A stretch of DNA of 63,654 nt, filler included, from Lenisia limosa (Eukaryota > Protista > Breviatea), in the NCBI GenBank assembly GCA_001655205.1. It is 9 parts of 9 records of this genome, joined end to end, with 100 filler letters (N's around TTAATTAATTAA, not from the genome) between each part and the next. Parts side by side here need not be neighbours in the genome. Positions count along the whole stretch, not along the records: positions 1 to 4,260 come from LPNZ01000306.1; positions 4,361 to 8,425 come from LPNZ01004954.1; positions 8,526 to 14,801 come from LPNZ01003794.1; 6 more parts are not named here. One strand, written 5' to 3'. A program made the position numbers and the translations under genes. The notes under the pieces are model-generated. The model saw only the letters and a program-made list of their open reading frames with translations. It searched no databases and was not told where the DNA came from. Below, piece by piece: positions 1-11,539 of the stretch. Position 1 is the stretch's first letter; each line of letters opens with the position of its first letter.

Positions 1-36
1 CAACGTTGCAGGATCAAACATGCTCTAATTGTTCAG

Positions 37-2730
37 ATACACTGTTGACTATGAGAACGGTCGGCTTGATATTGTGTCATACTCTGGCAGTTTAACAGGT
101 ACTGGGAACATGTCTTCCAATACCTCAATCTTATATTATATTTTGGTGGGGTTTTTTTTTGGGTGAACATATCATATATTTTCTTAATTTAATGTCTTTT
201 TTTGTATAATCTATGATCCTTCTTTTCCTTTTGTATGATTAAGGTTCACTTTTCACATTATCTAGGCAAATCATGTGCCTTCAGCTCTTCTTCTTATAAA
301 CCCGAAAAAGGGATAACTACAAGTGATGGAGTTACTGGGTATTGTACCCATTATTTCTCAGGAACCACTACCAATGTAAGCAATCCGCTTGGGAATAGCA
401 ATATTTATAATGTGCTGTTCACATACTTGTTTCAAATTTCACCATGCCTTGTTTTCAAGTTCTGACTTGATTTAGTTTATTGCATCTTATTATATATTGT
501 CTGACTTGCTTTAGTTTATTCAAGCCTATCTTTCAATTGAGGGTGTATTACCCCGTCTACCTTTTGTTACAAGTTGGAAGGGTTTTGGTTGATGTGCTAG
601 ATTATATCCTAATGTTGCATGCTATGTTGTTTTGATGATTCGTTTTTTCAGAGAGAACTCTAATTTTAGGCTAAGAAGAGTTGTCAAAGTTGTTGATTGT
701 TTTCTGATCCATGGGCTATTTTCTTATATCGCGTTCTCTAACCAAGCTTTTGGTATTCGAACTCTTTTATTATTATTGTTTCTTCCCAACATGGCAAACA
801 ACAAAACTCAATAACCTATAGAGTACGGGTTTTCTTGCAAAGCAGCCTTGCCGGTTTCATCAGTCTACAATATGAGAGCGTATTCATGTAAGATGGCCGT
901 AAGTATTGCAATGTACAACTGATAATTAAGGTTTGCTCCTCACAACATAATGACGGTAATTATAAAGTAGTGACAAAAACTCAACTGCATTCTCCTCCCC
1001 GATTCTTGCTTATAGTGATTTATATACATATCATATACTACGTAGTACATATCATATGATATATCATTTTATATATCGTTTACTTCCCCTTCGTTTAGAA
1101 ATTATATGGTTCAGTTATACTACTACAACGCAAAAAGCTGTGTGCGTAGAGTTGCAAGGCAAATAACTGCTGATGAGCGTGATGGTGCACACGGCTTCAA
1201 CCAGATACAACCTTGTTTATTTCTAATTTCTACATATCATATTTATCATGCACCCCTGTTTGAAATGACCAATTTAGACACTACTGACCGCTTTGGAAGA
1301 GCCCAGAAAATCAGCTGCACCCTGGATGGTTGGCTATTTTGGGCTTCCCGGAAAGAAAGAATTTCTCGATAAAACCTTGATAAATTGACAGTTGCACACT
1401 CTGTCTCTTACCGAAGGAAAGAGTGTTCTATCAACAACTTCACCCAGTGTGTTAGTGATCCTCTGCGTTTAAACAGTTCCAGGGAACACTATCTTGATGC
1501 CGATGGCAGCCCTCGAATCTCTTGAAGACGTTGGCTTCTCTACTGGTGTTATGTACAGGGAAAAGACGGTGGGACTCGTGGGTGTTCAGCTAAGCATGGA
1601 AACCGTCAGATGGGCAGCTTCTGATAAGTGCTGCCCATCTGACGGTTCTTAATCATTTCCATGCTCTGTTATTGTATTTCTTTCTCTTCCTCTTCAACTT
1701 ACTTCATCTTCAACTTTCATCTTTCCCTTCATTTTCACAATGATATAAAACCCCAGTGTTCAAGTCTGTTCAATCCCCTTGTTATTAATTCTTCTGCATT
1801 TTGAGTTTAATATTATTGTAAAGCCTTATACTTTATAGGCAATTGCCGACCCTTCGTATGTGAACGTTACCGGCCGAGTACATCGCCACGCTCCTATTGT
1901 CAAGATGACTTTCGAGGTGCGTTAACAATGTCGACTTGTTTTTGGTTCAAAATGACAAAAAAAAAAGGCCAAGTTTCACTGGTTTATATCTAAAATTAAG
2001 CTCAATGGTGATACGTATGTGAGAATAATCTTCGACCGATTGTGGAGTAGCCTAGACCCGCAGTCATTTTTCTTTACCACATGATTGTGACATTACAGCT
2101 GCCGGGTAACGTAAAGAATGTAACAATGACGGGGAGCTTCGGTGTTGCCAACTCAAGAAGTCGTGTCGTTGTTTTTGATGGTAGGATGGGGGTCAATATC
2201 AAAACAACACACTACTTAGCTTTTCTGATAAAGTGGACGTGGACTTGGGGAGGAGTTTGACTCACAGCTCATCACTCTGACATTCCTTTCATCATTATAC
2301 CAATATCTGAGCACTCCTACTACATCACCATTTGACTCATACTTACGCGCCTTTGGGTGCCTCCTGTGGCTTGTCTCACACCTTCAGATGACAGTGACTT
2401 GGAACCCGTTCTTGACGCGGCAGAATACAGCTACGGTTGGTTGGCAGAACTGTTGATGGAAGGACAGCTTCTCAGAACTACATTGCTTCAAATCAGCAAA
2501 TGTGACAAAGAATATTTAAAAATTGGCATTAAACAGTTTTTTAGAATTAAACCACATCATCGTTTAACCCTCCAGTGGAATTCCCCAATCGGGCAGGTGT
2601 GAGCCTTTGGACTCATTCCACACGCACTGCTGTGTTCGACTTCATGGTTGACACCTCCTCCTATAATGAGGTTGGTTGGAGGTTTTTAGAGGAGGGCGTT
2701 CGCATTGTTTTCCTCCCTCACAACTCAGGT
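37..2730 (+). CDS. Hypothetical multi-exon gene (possibly two); partly Cache-like/extracellular
   Basis: GT-AG-bounded exons read YTVDYENGRLDIVSYSGSLT, GKSCAFSSSSYKPEKG, (1477-)VPGNTILMPMAALESLEDVGFSTGVMYREKTVGLVGVQLSMET, (1839-)AIADPSYVNVTGRVHRHAPIVKMTFE, LPGNVKNVTMTGSFG, DDSDLEPVLDAAEYSYGWLAELL and GVSLWTHSTRTAVFDFMVD. Not all phases resolved; no family recognised with certainty. Confidence 0.4.
1601..1647. repeat. Perfect 18-bp inverted repeat with 11-nt loop
   Basis: AACCGTCAGATGGGCAGC (1601-1618) / GCTGCCCATCTGACGGTT (1630-1647). Confidence 0.95.
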
Positions 2731-3140
2731 AAATGTGGAGATCATTTCGAATTCCTGCTGCCATATTGAGGATGTCCCCTCTCTTCTGGAGAAATCTTTC
2801 GTTATTGTTACAATGCTGAGCTTCTACTAGACTACATTACTATATGATATATATATTTATTTATTATTAAACCAACAATTTTCAAACAACATATTATTCT
2901 GTTGTAGTCTATAATCGTCGATGGTGAAGGGGGTTGTGTATTGGAAATCCAGGGCTAGAGAACTAGAATATATATCAAAACCAACACAAAGTAAGAAGGA
3001 GTAATATACAAAAACATTGAAGAAACGGGCCTCTGCCGCCGATAAATAACTTGCGAACCTGTGGAGTGAGAAGACACCAACTGAAATTGCCATGTTGAAG
3101 GACGTACGTATTTGACTATCATATCACATGATGACGAGTC

Positions 3141-3215
3141 CACTTCGTTTCGAAAAAAAACGGTAAAATATTGATAGTTTTCGCGAGAAATTCAGTTTTT
3201 TTTTTTCGAAGCCCT
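3141..3215 (+). mobile_element. MITE family A, degenerate copy
   Basis: ACTTCGTTTCGAAAAAAAACGGTAAAATATTGATAG...TTCGAAGCCCT resembles the copy at 19892-19992. Confidence 0.6.
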
Positions 3216-3235
3216 AATAACGAGAAAGGAGCTCA

Positions 3236-4000
3236 CAATTAGTTCCACTGCCAGGCAAGGGCAGTCGCGCTAGGGTTGGCGTACGAAGGCGGCTTGACAT
3301 CTCGACGGGCTCGAGGACTAGGTCTATTGAGGTCAGTGAGAAACGTAATGCTGGGTAGCTTACTTGGCAAGGCTGTCGACCATTTTGCGCTGTCTTGGGG
3401 TCAGCTGCCCCTCCATCGACTCCAATGTCGGGAACCCGGGGGCATTAGACTGCAAAATGAGATACGGGAGGGGGGTCTGAAGAAAAAAGGAATGTGAGCA
3501 GAGTAACTCACCTTTCCACCTTGCCACCTCGCGTCGTGACTCATGCCCTCGTATCTGAAGAGTCACAAAGAGGCAGAATAACAACAAAAGAAATCTCGCT
3601 AAAGATGCAAAATTACATTGGATGAATAAAGCCGCGTTGAGTAATGAGTTCGACATGACATGAACTACACAGGAACACCCACCTCCTTGTAGTGGGCAGT
3701 TTTGCCGGAGCGGAGCGGTAAGTCCGAAGATCACTATCCTCGCGGCTGAATGCGTAAGATCGAAAATTGTTAGAGTTTGATCAAAAACTCAGAATATCAG
3801 TAATATACAGTGCCCGGGATAAGACTTGCCAGATTTGCCATGTGATTTCCCAAGGAGATAGGTCAAGACCTATCTATCCTGGTCACTGATCAGTCACCTT
3901 CCAAACCCACTTTCTTCCAAGGGGCTGGAGCTTGCGAGGAGTGACAGTGGGCGGTGGCGTCCACGCGGTTTTCAGGTTTTCAATGGCCGCAAGACCAGCT
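3236..4000 (-). CDS. Hypothetical multi-exon gene, 3' part
   Basis: GT-AG-bounded GC-richer blocks, e.g. AGLAAIENLKTAWTPPPTVTPRKLQPLG and SNAPGFPTLESMEGQLTPRQRKMVDSLAK; no family recognised. Confidence 0.3.
3808..3888 (+). mobile_element. MITE family C (Tc1/mariner-like, CAGTG...CACTG ends)
   Basis: TA|CAGTGCCCGGGATAAGACTTG ... GGTCAAGACCTATCTATCCTGGTCACTG; homologous to 21693-21758 and 39327-39408. Confidence 0.7.
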
Positions 4001-4305
4001 AAACAGTTAAGGAGAGATGGGGATACAATGTTTAAAGCAGGTTTCCAATGGGAAAGTTGTCTCAGATAACATATTAATTATCGAAGAATAGTATATTCCA
4101 TTTTGTATTGATAATGACTCTGAAGTCGATTTTGAGAAAGGAATAAAAAAAGAGGCAAAAGTGGCGTGATTCACGTTCAATATGACGCGCAGTAAAGAAT
4201 AGCGTGCTTCGGATATCCGAGACAACTTATTTGAAACCTTGCTTTAGCACCACATCATCANNNNNNNNNNNNNNNNNNNNNNNNNNNNNNNNNNNNNNNN
4301 NNNNT

Positions 4306-4317
4306 TAATTAATTAAN
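4306..4317. other. Artificial scaffold linker TTAATTAATTAA within N runs (also about 8470, 14846, 22633, 24399, 33059, 38726, 54272)
   Basis: Identical 12-mer with stops in all six frames, always flanked by about 45 N on each side. Confidence 0.95.
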
Positions 4318-4369
4318 NNNNNNNNNNNNNNNNNNNNNNNNNNNNNNNNNNNNNNNNNNNGGGGGGGGG

Positions 4370-4413
4370 GGTAAAACGAAGGAAATTTCGGTGAAGAATA
4401 TTGGCGTAAAGGT
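4370..4413 (-). repeat. Dispersed repeat (family G), partial; similar to 36409-36455
   Basis: Reverse complement CCTTTACGCCAATATTCTTCACCGAAATTTCCTTCGTTTTACCCC matches CCTTTACGCAAATTTTTTCATCGAAATTCCTTCGTTTTACTCCCC. Confidence 0.6.
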
Positions 4414-4727
4414 AAAGAACCAGATAATCTGAAACTCCAAACAACAAACAAACAAAAAACAAAAAAAGGACAATATCTGTAAAATACGGCCGAGGAGTAA
4501 AAGGGAGGTTCGGCGTATTGGGAGAGATTCTGTCTTTTTTTAACCCTCTCATTACAGGTAACCTTAACCCCTCCCTCTCATTACAGGCAATCTTGAGAGG
4601 GGAAATTCGAAGCACATCTTCTCCTCAGCCTCGAGTCGAGACATTAACTAGGGGGAGTAACATTGGAAAATTTATAAACAAAAGGGAAAATGGAGAAAAG
4701 TTACCCAAAAATTAATTATGAATTTCT

Positions 4728-4779
4728 TGATAAATCCTCGATAAATATCGATATTTTACCGCTTTTTCGGACCGCAGGG
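4728..4779 (-). mobile_element. MITE family B, partial copy
   Basis: GATAAATCCTCGATAAATATCGATATTTTACCGCTTTTTCGGACCGCAGGG resembles the reverse complement of 20094-20171. Confidence 0.55.
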
Positions 4780-4960
4780 AAGTCCTAGTTATCCTCTAAC
4801 ACCACAACTCNNNNNNNNNNNNNNNNNNNNNNNNNNNNNNNNNNNNNNNNNNNNNNNNNNNNNNNNNNNNNNNNNNNNNNNNNNNNNNNNNNNNNNNNNN
4901 NNNNNNNNNNNNNNNNNNNNNNNNNTTATGCTCCTTGATTCAATTGAATCTCCTTGTTTC

Positions 4961-5137
4961 AATAGAGACTTTACTCTTTATCATCCTAGCTTAAATAGAG
5001 ACTTTACCCTTTATCATCCTAGCTTAAATAGAGACTTTACTCTTTATCATCCTAGCTTAAATAGACTTTACCCTTTATCATCCTAGCTTAAATAGAGACT
5101 TTACTCTTTATCATCCTAGCTTAAATAGAGACTTTAC
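4961..5137 (+). repeat. 33-bp minisatellite, about 5.4 copies
   Basis: Unit AATAGAGACTTTACYCTTTATCATCCTAGCTTA; copy 4 lacks 2 nt; Y alternates T/C. Confidence 0.95.
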
Positions 5138-5179
5138 TGACTTTACCCTTTATGAGGCTTTATTGTCACCCCCCCCCCT

Positions 5180-6360
5180 TTACCTTGAAAACTGGACCAT
5201 TGAACGCAAAGAGGAAGGCGAGGCGGTTGGAGTCGGCACAGGTCTTGACGTTGTAAATCCATCCCGAGCTAAAATATGAGGTTTTGTTTGCTAAAATATG
5301 AGGTGTTGTTGCTGAAATATGAGATTTTATCAACTAAAATATACGGTTTTGTTGCTAAAAGTTTTTGAAGGAAAGTCCATTGAAACTAAGATAACAAAGC
5401 TTAGGCGGTTAAACTTGATAGTAAATCCAACCAAATATAAGGTTGTGTTGCTGTAGGAAGTCATTCCACACCATCATGATTACAGGAAATATTTGGAGCT
5501 TAGTATCCGACTGAAGCCGTTAATACCATCCCGTTTAAAAGTGATTGGATGCTAGTTTAAAACTCTGCGCACACGAGAGAAATAGTAGGAAATAACTTTT
5601 TCCAAGAAATTATTTTACAGAAAAACTACCACTCGGAATTTTCTGCTGAAGAAAACACTCGTTCGCTTCACAAACTCGTGTTTACCAATAAAATAGGAGG
5701 AAATGCGAAATGGTTAGGGAATCTCTAACCGAAGCCGGAGAACAGTAAAAAAAAACAAAAAAAAAAAATCAGTGCACACGACTGGAATNNNNNNNNNNNN
5801 NNNNNNNNNNNNNNNNNNNNNNNNNNNNNNNNNNNNNNNNNNNNNNNNNNNNNNNNNNNNNNNNNNNNNNNNNNNNNNNNNNNNNNNNNNNATCAAGAAT
5901 AAATGGGATAGCTCTTCTATCAGCTGAAATAATATTTATATCTGTAACAACAAAAATATAGAATTAAAAAAATAAAGAATAAAGCATAAAGTATATAGTT
6001 TGCATTGGATCCACATCATAGTCAAATCTGCGTGTATTATACTTATAATTGGCTCTTATTCTGTACATTATAGCCAACACTTATCAACGGTATTGTGTGA
6101 GGCAAAAGGTTGCAACTGTTTCCACATTCAAATGCCCACTTTCGAGATTCTAATCCAAATGAACGGCTAAGAAGCTCAGGGAAGGACGCATGGGCGACTC
6201 GCAGCAATTCTCCTCCAGTTGCGACGGCAGCTTCCAGCGCTTTGATAACCATTGTGCAGTTGTAAGTGACAGTTTGGCCTGGAGAAGCGGCGAGAACGCT
6301 CTGCAGCGTCAACGCTGACCCTGACCAGTCCTGCAAAGACATCGTTAAGTTCTTCTTAAG
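5180..6360 (-). CDS. Hypothetical multi-exon gene (extracellular-like)
   Basis: Open exon 6043-6360 (MSLQDWSGSALTLQSVLAASPGQTVTYNCTMVIKALEAAV...) and GT-AG exon about 5183-5268 (SGWIYNVKTCADSNRLAFLFAFNGPVFK). Confidence 0.35.
5267..5360 (+). repeat. Degenerate ~21-bp tandem repeat, about 4 copies
   Basis: GCTAAAATATGAGGTTTTGTT units. Confidence 0.8.
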
Positions 6361-6554
6361 ATGGATGTGTTAATGGGTTAATATGTTTATCTTCAATTGG
6401 AGAAAAACAAAAGACAGTTTTTTGGTTCACAATCAGATTGTATGGTTATGTAATACCCTAGGTTGCTACAGTATTAATTCAAATTCTGAATTGGAACTGG
6501 ATAGGAATATACATCTTACAGCCTTTAATCATATTAAAATAATATAAAAGTAAG

Positions 6555-8066
6555 ATGCCCCTCTTTGCCATCAAAGGAGAAATCGAAGATGATCTTGAAG
6601 ATATCTGCAACCTGGACTTAGAAGGTGAGCACATCGCTGCGCATCCTTTAATAACAACCATATTTGTAGTTCTTAAAGTGTATGCGGACCTTGCATTCAA
6701 AGGATTGAGAAGAGGTCTCTCCGTAGAGGAGTTCAAAGAGATCATTGGTAGGTAGGGAAGGACACCCTATCTTTTTCAACACCAATAGTCATGTATGCAT
6801 CCTAAGTCTTATGATAGTTGTAAATAACAAAGTTGTATTATTTTAAGCTTCCTCTTAAAAGCAGAAATTGTATTTTAGTATGTGTGTAAAGCTGTGTGCA
6901 CAGAGTTGTCTGGTATCCAATATCGTGTTTTATTTCTCATCTCTCTCTATATCACAAAGCGAATCGGTCAGGGCTCCCGATAATGTATTACAGGTTTAGT
7001 TAAGATCAATTCACGTAGTTTATTATTACAAATACTGTATTATGCGTCTCATAATTTGTTGTTACAAACTCTGTATTTTAAACCTCTCATAATATGTTGT
7101 TGAACACACTATTACAAGTCGCATTTTTTGTGACCTTTAAGGCGAACGCGACGCTGATGAGGTAGAAACTGAGCTGTATTGCGTGACGGAAATTCTCAGG
7201 TTGGTAGCATATAAATTCTGTTAGTCAAATATCCCCCTTAAAGCAGGGATAATTTTTTTAAAAAGAAATTTGGGCTTTTTTTTTTTCTCCTCCATAATAT
7301 TTCCATATTCTTCATCTCAATTTCCTTCGTTTAACGAGTGATTGGGATGCGGTGCTGCAAAAGCGACTGGTCTGGGCTTTGTTTGNNNNNNNNNNNNNNN
7401 NNNNNNNNNNNNNNNNNNNNNNNNNNNNNNNNNNNNNNNNNNNNNNNNNNNNNNNNNNNNNNNNNNNNNNNNNNNNNNNNNNNNNNNNNNNNNNNNNNNN
7501 NNNNNNNNNNNNNNNNNNNNNNNNNNNNNNNNNNNNNNNNNNNNNNNNNNNNNNNNNNNNNATAAATTTTCCCTATTTTCCCCTTTCTTTTTGTTTCATA
7601 ATTTTTCCTCTTTTACCCCTCCCTTCCAGAGAGGCCACGAGGTCGAATGTGACACTGAAGGACTTTGAGCCCTCAATGCAGTCGATCGGCTTCAACGCCG
7701 ATGCCGTGACCATGTTTAAGGAGGTATGATGGGCTTAAAAGGGTATATTGTTTAAAGAGGTATGATGAGTTTATTTAAAAACTAATTTGTAGGAGTCCTT
7801 GCATTAATTGTTTTAAGAATTTATTCACAAAATAAAATTTAATTGTCTGAATTTAGTTTTGGTTAAATCCCACTTCAAATTTGATTATTAATTTATTTTA
7901 TTGCGCGGAGTCCTAATTTGCCTTTACGAGGAATACTCCCTGCATTTATTAGGCAAATTTGCCTTTTACGAAGAATAGTTGTACGAGGAATACTTGGAGA
8001 CGGTTCGTTCGGCCCACAAAGGCAGTGTCATAGAAATGTCACAGTACCACGGCTTCGACTGGGACT
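6555..8066 (+). CDS. COMMD2: COMM domain-containing protein 2 (3' end lost in gap)
   Basis: Five in-phase GT-AG exons give MPLFAIKGEIEDDLEDICNLDLEVLKVYADLAFKGLRRGLSVEEFKEII-GERDADEVETELYCVTEILR-EATRSNVTLKDFEPSMQSIGFNADAVTMFKE-LYEEYLETVRSAHKGSVIEMSQYHGFDWD. This matches the recalled COMMD2 pattern (LRRG...DF..S...GF...LY...R...YH.L.W). Confidence 0.8.
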
Positions 8067-8202
8067 NNNNNNNNNNNNNNNNNNNNNNNNNNNNNNNNNN
8101 NNNNNNNNNNNNNNNNNNNNNNNNNNNNNNNNNNNNNNNNNNNNNNNNNNNNNNNNNNNNNNNNNNNNNNNNNNNNNNNNNNNNNNNNNNNNNNNNNNNN
8201 NN

Positions 8203-8264
8203 TTTTCGATAGTTTTTAGATTTATCGAGAAATTCAGTCATTTGTCGAACCAAAGTGAAGCCCT
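8203..8264 (+). mobile_element. MITE family A, right half (left part in gap)
   Basis: ...GAGAAATTCAGTCATTTGTCGAACCAAAGTGAAGCCCT|AA. Confidence 0.7.
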
Positions 8265-9289
8265 AATTATATATATCATATAGTATGTAATATGAGTGTG
8301 GGAGAGGGTATGAGTGTACATGTATGTGTGTAGATGGGGGTAATAATTATCTTTCTCATGAAATTTTGGCTTTCTCATCTTTTTACCTTGATTTGACTGG
8401 GACTTTAATGTGGGGGGGGGGGCTGNNNNNNNNNNNNNNNNNNNNNNNNNNNNNNNNNNNNNNNNNNNNTTAATTAATTAANNNNNNNNNNNNNNNNNNN
8501 NNNNNNNNNNNNNNNNNNNNNNNNNGGTGACTTCGATCCAGCGACGGGCGTCCATCTCACGCGCTGTATATAGTAGTCCCCTTGTTTTCTTTTTTTTCTA
8601 TATATTATCTTCACTTCTGAGACACTTGCTCCTCTTTTCATTACAACTGTTCTCCTTATCAAATTTTCTGCCTCATTACTTGATTTTTTTTTTTCGTTAC
8701 TCAGGGAAGAATCTGGTGATAACATCAATTATTGATGTCAGGGGGGGGGGGGCTGGGGNNNNNNNNNNNNNNNNNNNNNNNNNNNNNNNNNNNNNNNNNN
8801 NNNNNNNNNNNNNNNNNNNNNNNNNNNNNNNNNNNNNNNNNNNNNNNTGGGCTCTGTTTGTTATGGTTTTTTTAACCTTTGTGTATTTCCCATGCTAGAT
8901 AGACAGCAAAGTTGATTCTGTTTTTTTTTGTTGCATAAATATTCCAATTTCACATACACTAAAGTGATGGAATGCGCTGGGCTTTTTTTTGTTGTACATT
9001 CAGAATAAACACTCTTGCAATTCTGTAAAATCCTGTCATCTGCTCAATTACTTGTGATTATGGGCATCCTATCAATTAATACAATATCATCAGACGTCGC
9101 CAATTCTCACATTTCTTAAAGCGGGAGTCCGATTAAATTTGTGTAACCTAGTTTATACGATTTGAACCTGGAGTGGACAAATGTATAATTTTGAGTTTGA
9201 ATCAAGGTCGGAAAGATCAAATATGACGTGTCATGAGGCGTTCTCTGACCACTTTTTCAGGTGTGCTTCTTCGCTGTTTAGCTGCTGCA

Positions 9290-10760
9290 AAGAATCTTTT
9301 CGTCTATTGTGACTTGTGACATCAAATTTCCTTCTGCTACAACCCCATCCCTTATTCAACTCTATGATTCCTGTTACCTACGAGGACGCCGCCAAATGGA
9401 GCCTATTGAAGTATGACTTATGATTGCAGTTGGGCTTTTAATCTGGTTTCCGTTTTATTGAATTTACCCTACAACCTCTTTCGCTCTTTCTTGTTCTCAG
9501 TTTAAAAATATATTGCATAATTGAATTATTGAAGCAATGCTGAAACTGATGAGTCGTATAAGACACATACCCCTCACTTCGCCGTATTGCCAGCTTCCTG
9601 TTTCCTGTCGATGGAATTGAAGACTCTCCTAAAGTCTCAAGAATCAGAGAAGTCGTGAAGAATGACTACATTAACATTGGAGCAATTCTCAATTTGCAGC
9701 TCACAACCAACTCTGTCGTTTTTCTTTCAGAACTGATTATCAAACTCTCCGCTACATCCTGGATCTGGAATTGGTATGTTCGGTCTAAACTTCTGTTCTT
9801 CACAATGCCACATGTTGTGACAAATATTTACTCACAATAGCGCCTCAACTAATAGGAGAAGATTGAGTCAGAACAGCAACAACAACCATCGTGTCCTCTC
9901 CCACTGCCAAATCTCCTTCGTTCAAAAGAAACGTCTACTACCACAGCAACGAAAACGACACGCCATATGTTGAGAAGTTTGCCGTTGTACATAATTTACA
10001 TGTATAAGTTTTCATTAGATTCTATCATCTGTATTTCGCTTAAAATTAAGTTGTTTTTTTTTTTGTTTTTTGCCTGTTGTCTTGTTTTAAAAAAGTTGCA
10101 TTATTCTTTATTTCTGTCTTTTTTTATGAGAATTTCTCGCAATATTCTCTCTTTTAACTAAAAGAAACATCAAGGATTTATTTATCAATTGTTTGGTCAT
10201 CATTTTTTAGGTCCTTAAATAAAGGAAAGAAAGATCGGTTTATCATGTTGAATTGTGGATATTTATAACAATAAAACTGAATTAAAGGTGAACCCCAACA
10301 TGCAAGTCCTCTTCAGCTTTCTCTTGTCGCAAATATCAAAACTGCACCATGCCAAGGTTCTATATACTATACTTCCAGTACATACTCATTGGAATAGGGA
10401 ATGTTTGTATTATATGAATAATTTCTTGATACTTTTTGTGTACGAGTTGATGATCCTTATACTAAAGCGACCCCTCCTCAAGTCCCACTCCGGCGCAGTC
10501 ATGCCATCCTGCGGTATGCAAATACTCAAGTGGTTTTCAGAAACCCAGTCTCTAATAAAGTGTAAAATCACATGGCAGCATCTTTATTATGAACAAGTTA
10601 CTCGGTATTAATACTACAGCCAACAAGTCATGATAGTGGATTTAGCCTCTCTTCAGGAATCATTCAAAGAGGTCATGAGTAACTGCGAAAAATCCAACAG
10701 CCAAGGGTGCAACATCCACATTTTGGCGAGCGGATCACCAATGATCGAGGGTGAGTGTAG
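9290..10760 (+). CDS. Hypothetical multi-exon coding region(s)
   Basis: Exon-like blocks, e.g. SNAETDESYKTHTPHFAVLPASCFLSMELKTLLKSQ and QQVMIVDLASLQESFKEVMSNCEKSNSQGCNIHILASGSPMIE; structure unresolved. Confidence 0.25.
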
Positions 10761-11539
10761 TAGGCAAAACGGTGATGCCACGAATAGTACGTATTCATAT
10801 TCATAGTACACTTATGTTTGCATTTCAAATGGTATCGGTACCAATTCGCTTCTCAGAGTTGGTCAATAGGTTTCTGTATACCGTATATACTTGACTTTAT
10901 CTTGTGATGACAGTAGAGTTTGTAATATGTTATTGAAAGCTTCTTATGATTGTTAGTTTCATGTTTTAATCACTTTCCACCTGTTAAGTGAACCTATTCA
11001 TCTTGTGCAACTTCAACAACTCTTTACGCAATAGTTGTTGGGGAAAACCCAAAAGTATTGGCTCTCATTACCTTTAGTTTTCTTATTATGTAATAAAACT
11101 ACCAACGCCAAGGCCAACTCTTTGGAAAAGAGACAGTCTAACTTTTGAAATATCTTCTTAGTCAATCTTGTTGCGATAATACGCAGCCATGAAATCTCTG
11201 TCCCTAAGTTATTAGGAAATAACCCAAACAAGGAGCAGTACAAATTCAGTTAACTAAAATAAAACCATACATCAGAATTTTACCGAATATATTTAAAGAC
11301 CCTTCAGAATTTTACCAACCCAACTGAAAACACTGTGCCTCCTGCTGAGAGTCAACCTGTATCTATTATGATAGTAATATTCATAACACAAATATACATA
11401 CTATATCATATCAGAAATATACATATTATTATCATATCTAAATGATATGATATAATTTGTGCAAACATTCAATACCTTGGTCTTATAAGCTTTTTTAACA
11501 TGAGCATTGGTTTGTTTCTTAACATTTGTTGGGGGGAAG

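Noticed and set aside
3000-3110. SpoU-like SFNMAISVGV motif
   Set aside because: Single weak motif, the neighbouring gene stops upstream, and there are no supporting exons.
4306-4317. TTAATTAATTAA as piggyBac TSD or a biological motif
   Set aside because: It always sits inside symmetric N padding, so it is an assembly linker.
4961-5137. Possible CRISPR array
   Set aside because: The repeats are contiguous with no unique spacers, there are no cas genes, and the context is eukaryotic.
7338-7729. ORFs spanning N runs (here and about 17200, 19400, 34820, 53600, 60680) and a candidate COMMD2 exon at 7338
   Set aside because: Their length comes from X-filled gaps, and COMMD2 splices in phase from about 7200 to 7630 without this exon.
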